Assembly: GCF_006345805.1 (NCBI RefSeq)
Contig: NC_043012.1
Span: forward strand, 36,456,001 to 36,520,000
Length of the DNA stretch: 64,000 nt
Direction of reading: 5' to 3'
Source of the DNA: Octopus sinensis
Taxonomy: Eukaryota
Position numbers and translations under genes: made by a program. The stretch's first letter is position 1. Every line of letters starts with the position of its first letter. Under the pieces are notes generated by a model that was given only the letters and a program-made list of their open reading frames with translations, was not told the DNA's origin and ran no database searches. Shown here in pieces: positions 61,554 through 64,000 of this stretch.

Positions 61554-63256
61554 TATATATATATATATATATAGAACGCGGTCGATTACTGTAAAGTTAT
61601 TGAATTAAAACCGAGAAAATGCAATGTTTTATTTGCTGATATTAAAATGTTAATTTCTTCATAGAACAACATTTGAGCTGGCAGAATCGTTAGCACGCTG
61701 GGTGAAATGCTTAGCAGTATTTTGTCTGCTGCTACGTTCCAAGTTCAAATTCTGCTGAAGTCGACTTTGCCTTTAAGGGTCAATAAATTAAGTACCAGTA
61801 AAACACTGGGGTCGATGTAACCGACTTGTCCCCTTCCCCACCCAAAAAAGAATTTCAGGCCTCGTACCTACAGTAGAAAGGATTATTATTATTATTATTA
61901 GCTATTAACAGAAACAGTTTTTGTAACGAATATTAATTAGTACATCCACTGTAACTTGGATATGTTAATTACCAGGTGGTGAACTAGCAGAATCGTTAGC
62001 ATGCTGGGTAAAATGCTTAGTGATATTTCGTCTGCTGCTGTAAGTTCTGAGTTCAAATTCCGCCAAGGTCGACTTTTCCTTTATCTTTTCAGGGTTGATA
62101 AATTAAGTACCAGTGAAATACTGGGGGTTGATGTAATCAACTAGGCCACATCCCCCTAAATTTCAGGCCCTCTGCCCATAGTAGAAAGGATTATTATTAT
62201 TATCAAGGGAGGTGGTTTGGCAGAATCCGTAATGCATCAGAAGAAATGTCTTTTTGACTCTCAGTGTTCTGAGTTCCACTCCTACCCACCTCAACTTTGC
62301 CTTCCATCCTTTTCTGTGTGTGTGTGTGTGGTGAGGGCTTGTCGATAAATTATAATACCAGTCAAATACTGGGGAGGAAAAGCTTATCGACAAACCCACG
62401 CCCCCCCCCCTTCTCTCCAAAGTCCTGGCCTTGGGCCTAGTGTAGAAACCATTATTATTAGTAGTATTAGTAGTATTAGTAGTATTAGTAGAAATATTAT
62501 TATCATTAAGGCAGTGAGCTGGCAGAATTGTTAAAGCTTTTCCGAAAGGCCCTTCATTGCTCCATGGTCAATTAAGTATAATGTACCAGTGATAAACTGG
62601 GGGACGATCTTCATCATTCTTCATCCTCTCGCAAAAATGTCAGGCCTCGTTGTGCCTAATGTAAGAAATCTTTTTTTTTTTCCATTTGCTCCCCCTCCTC
62701 CTCCTCCTCCCAAAGTTTGGCCGACATTTCTTTCCCTCCATCCATCACTCTCACCTTTTACAGCGTTCACCTGTTGATTAAATTTGCTTCAGTTTTTCTT
62801 TTCTTCCGCTGCTTTTTTTTTTTTTTGTCTTTCATCTATTTAAAAAAAAAAAAAAACACATCATCATGTTTGGGTTTTTGGTGTTTTCTCTGTGTGGGTG
62901 GGTTGGTGGGGGGGAACATGTTGGATAAAAGGGTGTGGATGGGGAAGAGACACTGCCCCCTATCTCCATCGAGGCTGATAATAGCAATCCCCCCTCGAAA
63001 TACCACCATCCTGTCAACCACCCATTCCACATGCCCATCCACCCTTTTCTAGACACAAAAGTATCATCCAATCATAACTCACTCTCCACCCAGTAATAAT
63101 TGTTACTGTTAATAATAATAATAATAATATTGATAATAATAATTGCAATACTATTTGTTTTCATAATAATGCACAAAAAAAAAAGAAAAATCTTATTTAT
63201 TTTCTCTTGGGTTTCAATTTGTTTTGCCAACCATACAAATACACACACACACACAT

Positions 63257-63297
<41 letters not shown>

Positions 63298-63619
63298 GTA
63301 TACACAAGCATACACATAAACATGGCCATTCATACATTGTATATTTAAAACGAATCACACATTTAAGACGGGGTTGGTTGGTCACCCATGGGAATTGAAC
63401 TTGCTTGCTTCGGATTCCCTTCTGAGGTTCCCCCACCACCCCACATCCCCACCCTCAACTGATAGGAAATAAAGTTCAAATTCCAAGTTGGTAGATACTT
63501 GATCTCCCTTCTTCTCTCTCCCCCCACTTCCCTGCCCTTTTTTTTCTATTTATTTGATCATGTCTTTTTTTTTTTTCTAAGAAAAAATAATACCTTATTC
63601 CTGTTGCTGCCACATTATA

Positions 63620-64000
<381 letters not shown>

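Overview
AT-rich, microsatellite- and SINE-dense animal genomic DNA. The repeat families suggest a coleoid cephalopod, most likely Octopus (inference). One protein-coding gene is well supported: a PCTAIRE-family cyclin-dependent kinase (CDK16/17/18 type, most like CDK17) on the + strand. It has 16 coding exons from 33794 to 56955, all with GT-AG boundaries and consistent phases (1458 nt, 485 aa; 461 aa without a 72-nt candidate cassette exon). Its first coding exon has a splice acceptor, so the 5' UTR exon(s) lie further upstream, inside or outside the window. The rest is tRNA-derived SINEs, RTE/CR1/other LINE fragments, piggyBac-type (TTAA) and hAT-type MITEs, decayed mariner, Tc1-like and Gypsy pieces, and mini/microsatellites. 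The most interesting signal is invisible to the ORF track: several hammerhead ribozyme (HHR) motifs from different repeat families. These are (i) a complete type I HHR on the sense strand of intron 13 (52527-52593), with a stem-II-deleted sister copy 332 bp upstream; (ii) a complete minimal HHR on the - strand (25941-25983) in the loop of a perfect 95-bp inverted repeat embedded in (TA)n; and (iii) a degenerate HHR in intron 15 (56165-56225). All folds were paired by eye and none is shown to be active. Other points are a uORF whose stop overlaps the CDK start codons, a candidate alternative last exon, and several long dsRNA-forming palindromes. No prokaryotic features, CRISPR arrays, rRNA or genuine tRNA genes are supported.
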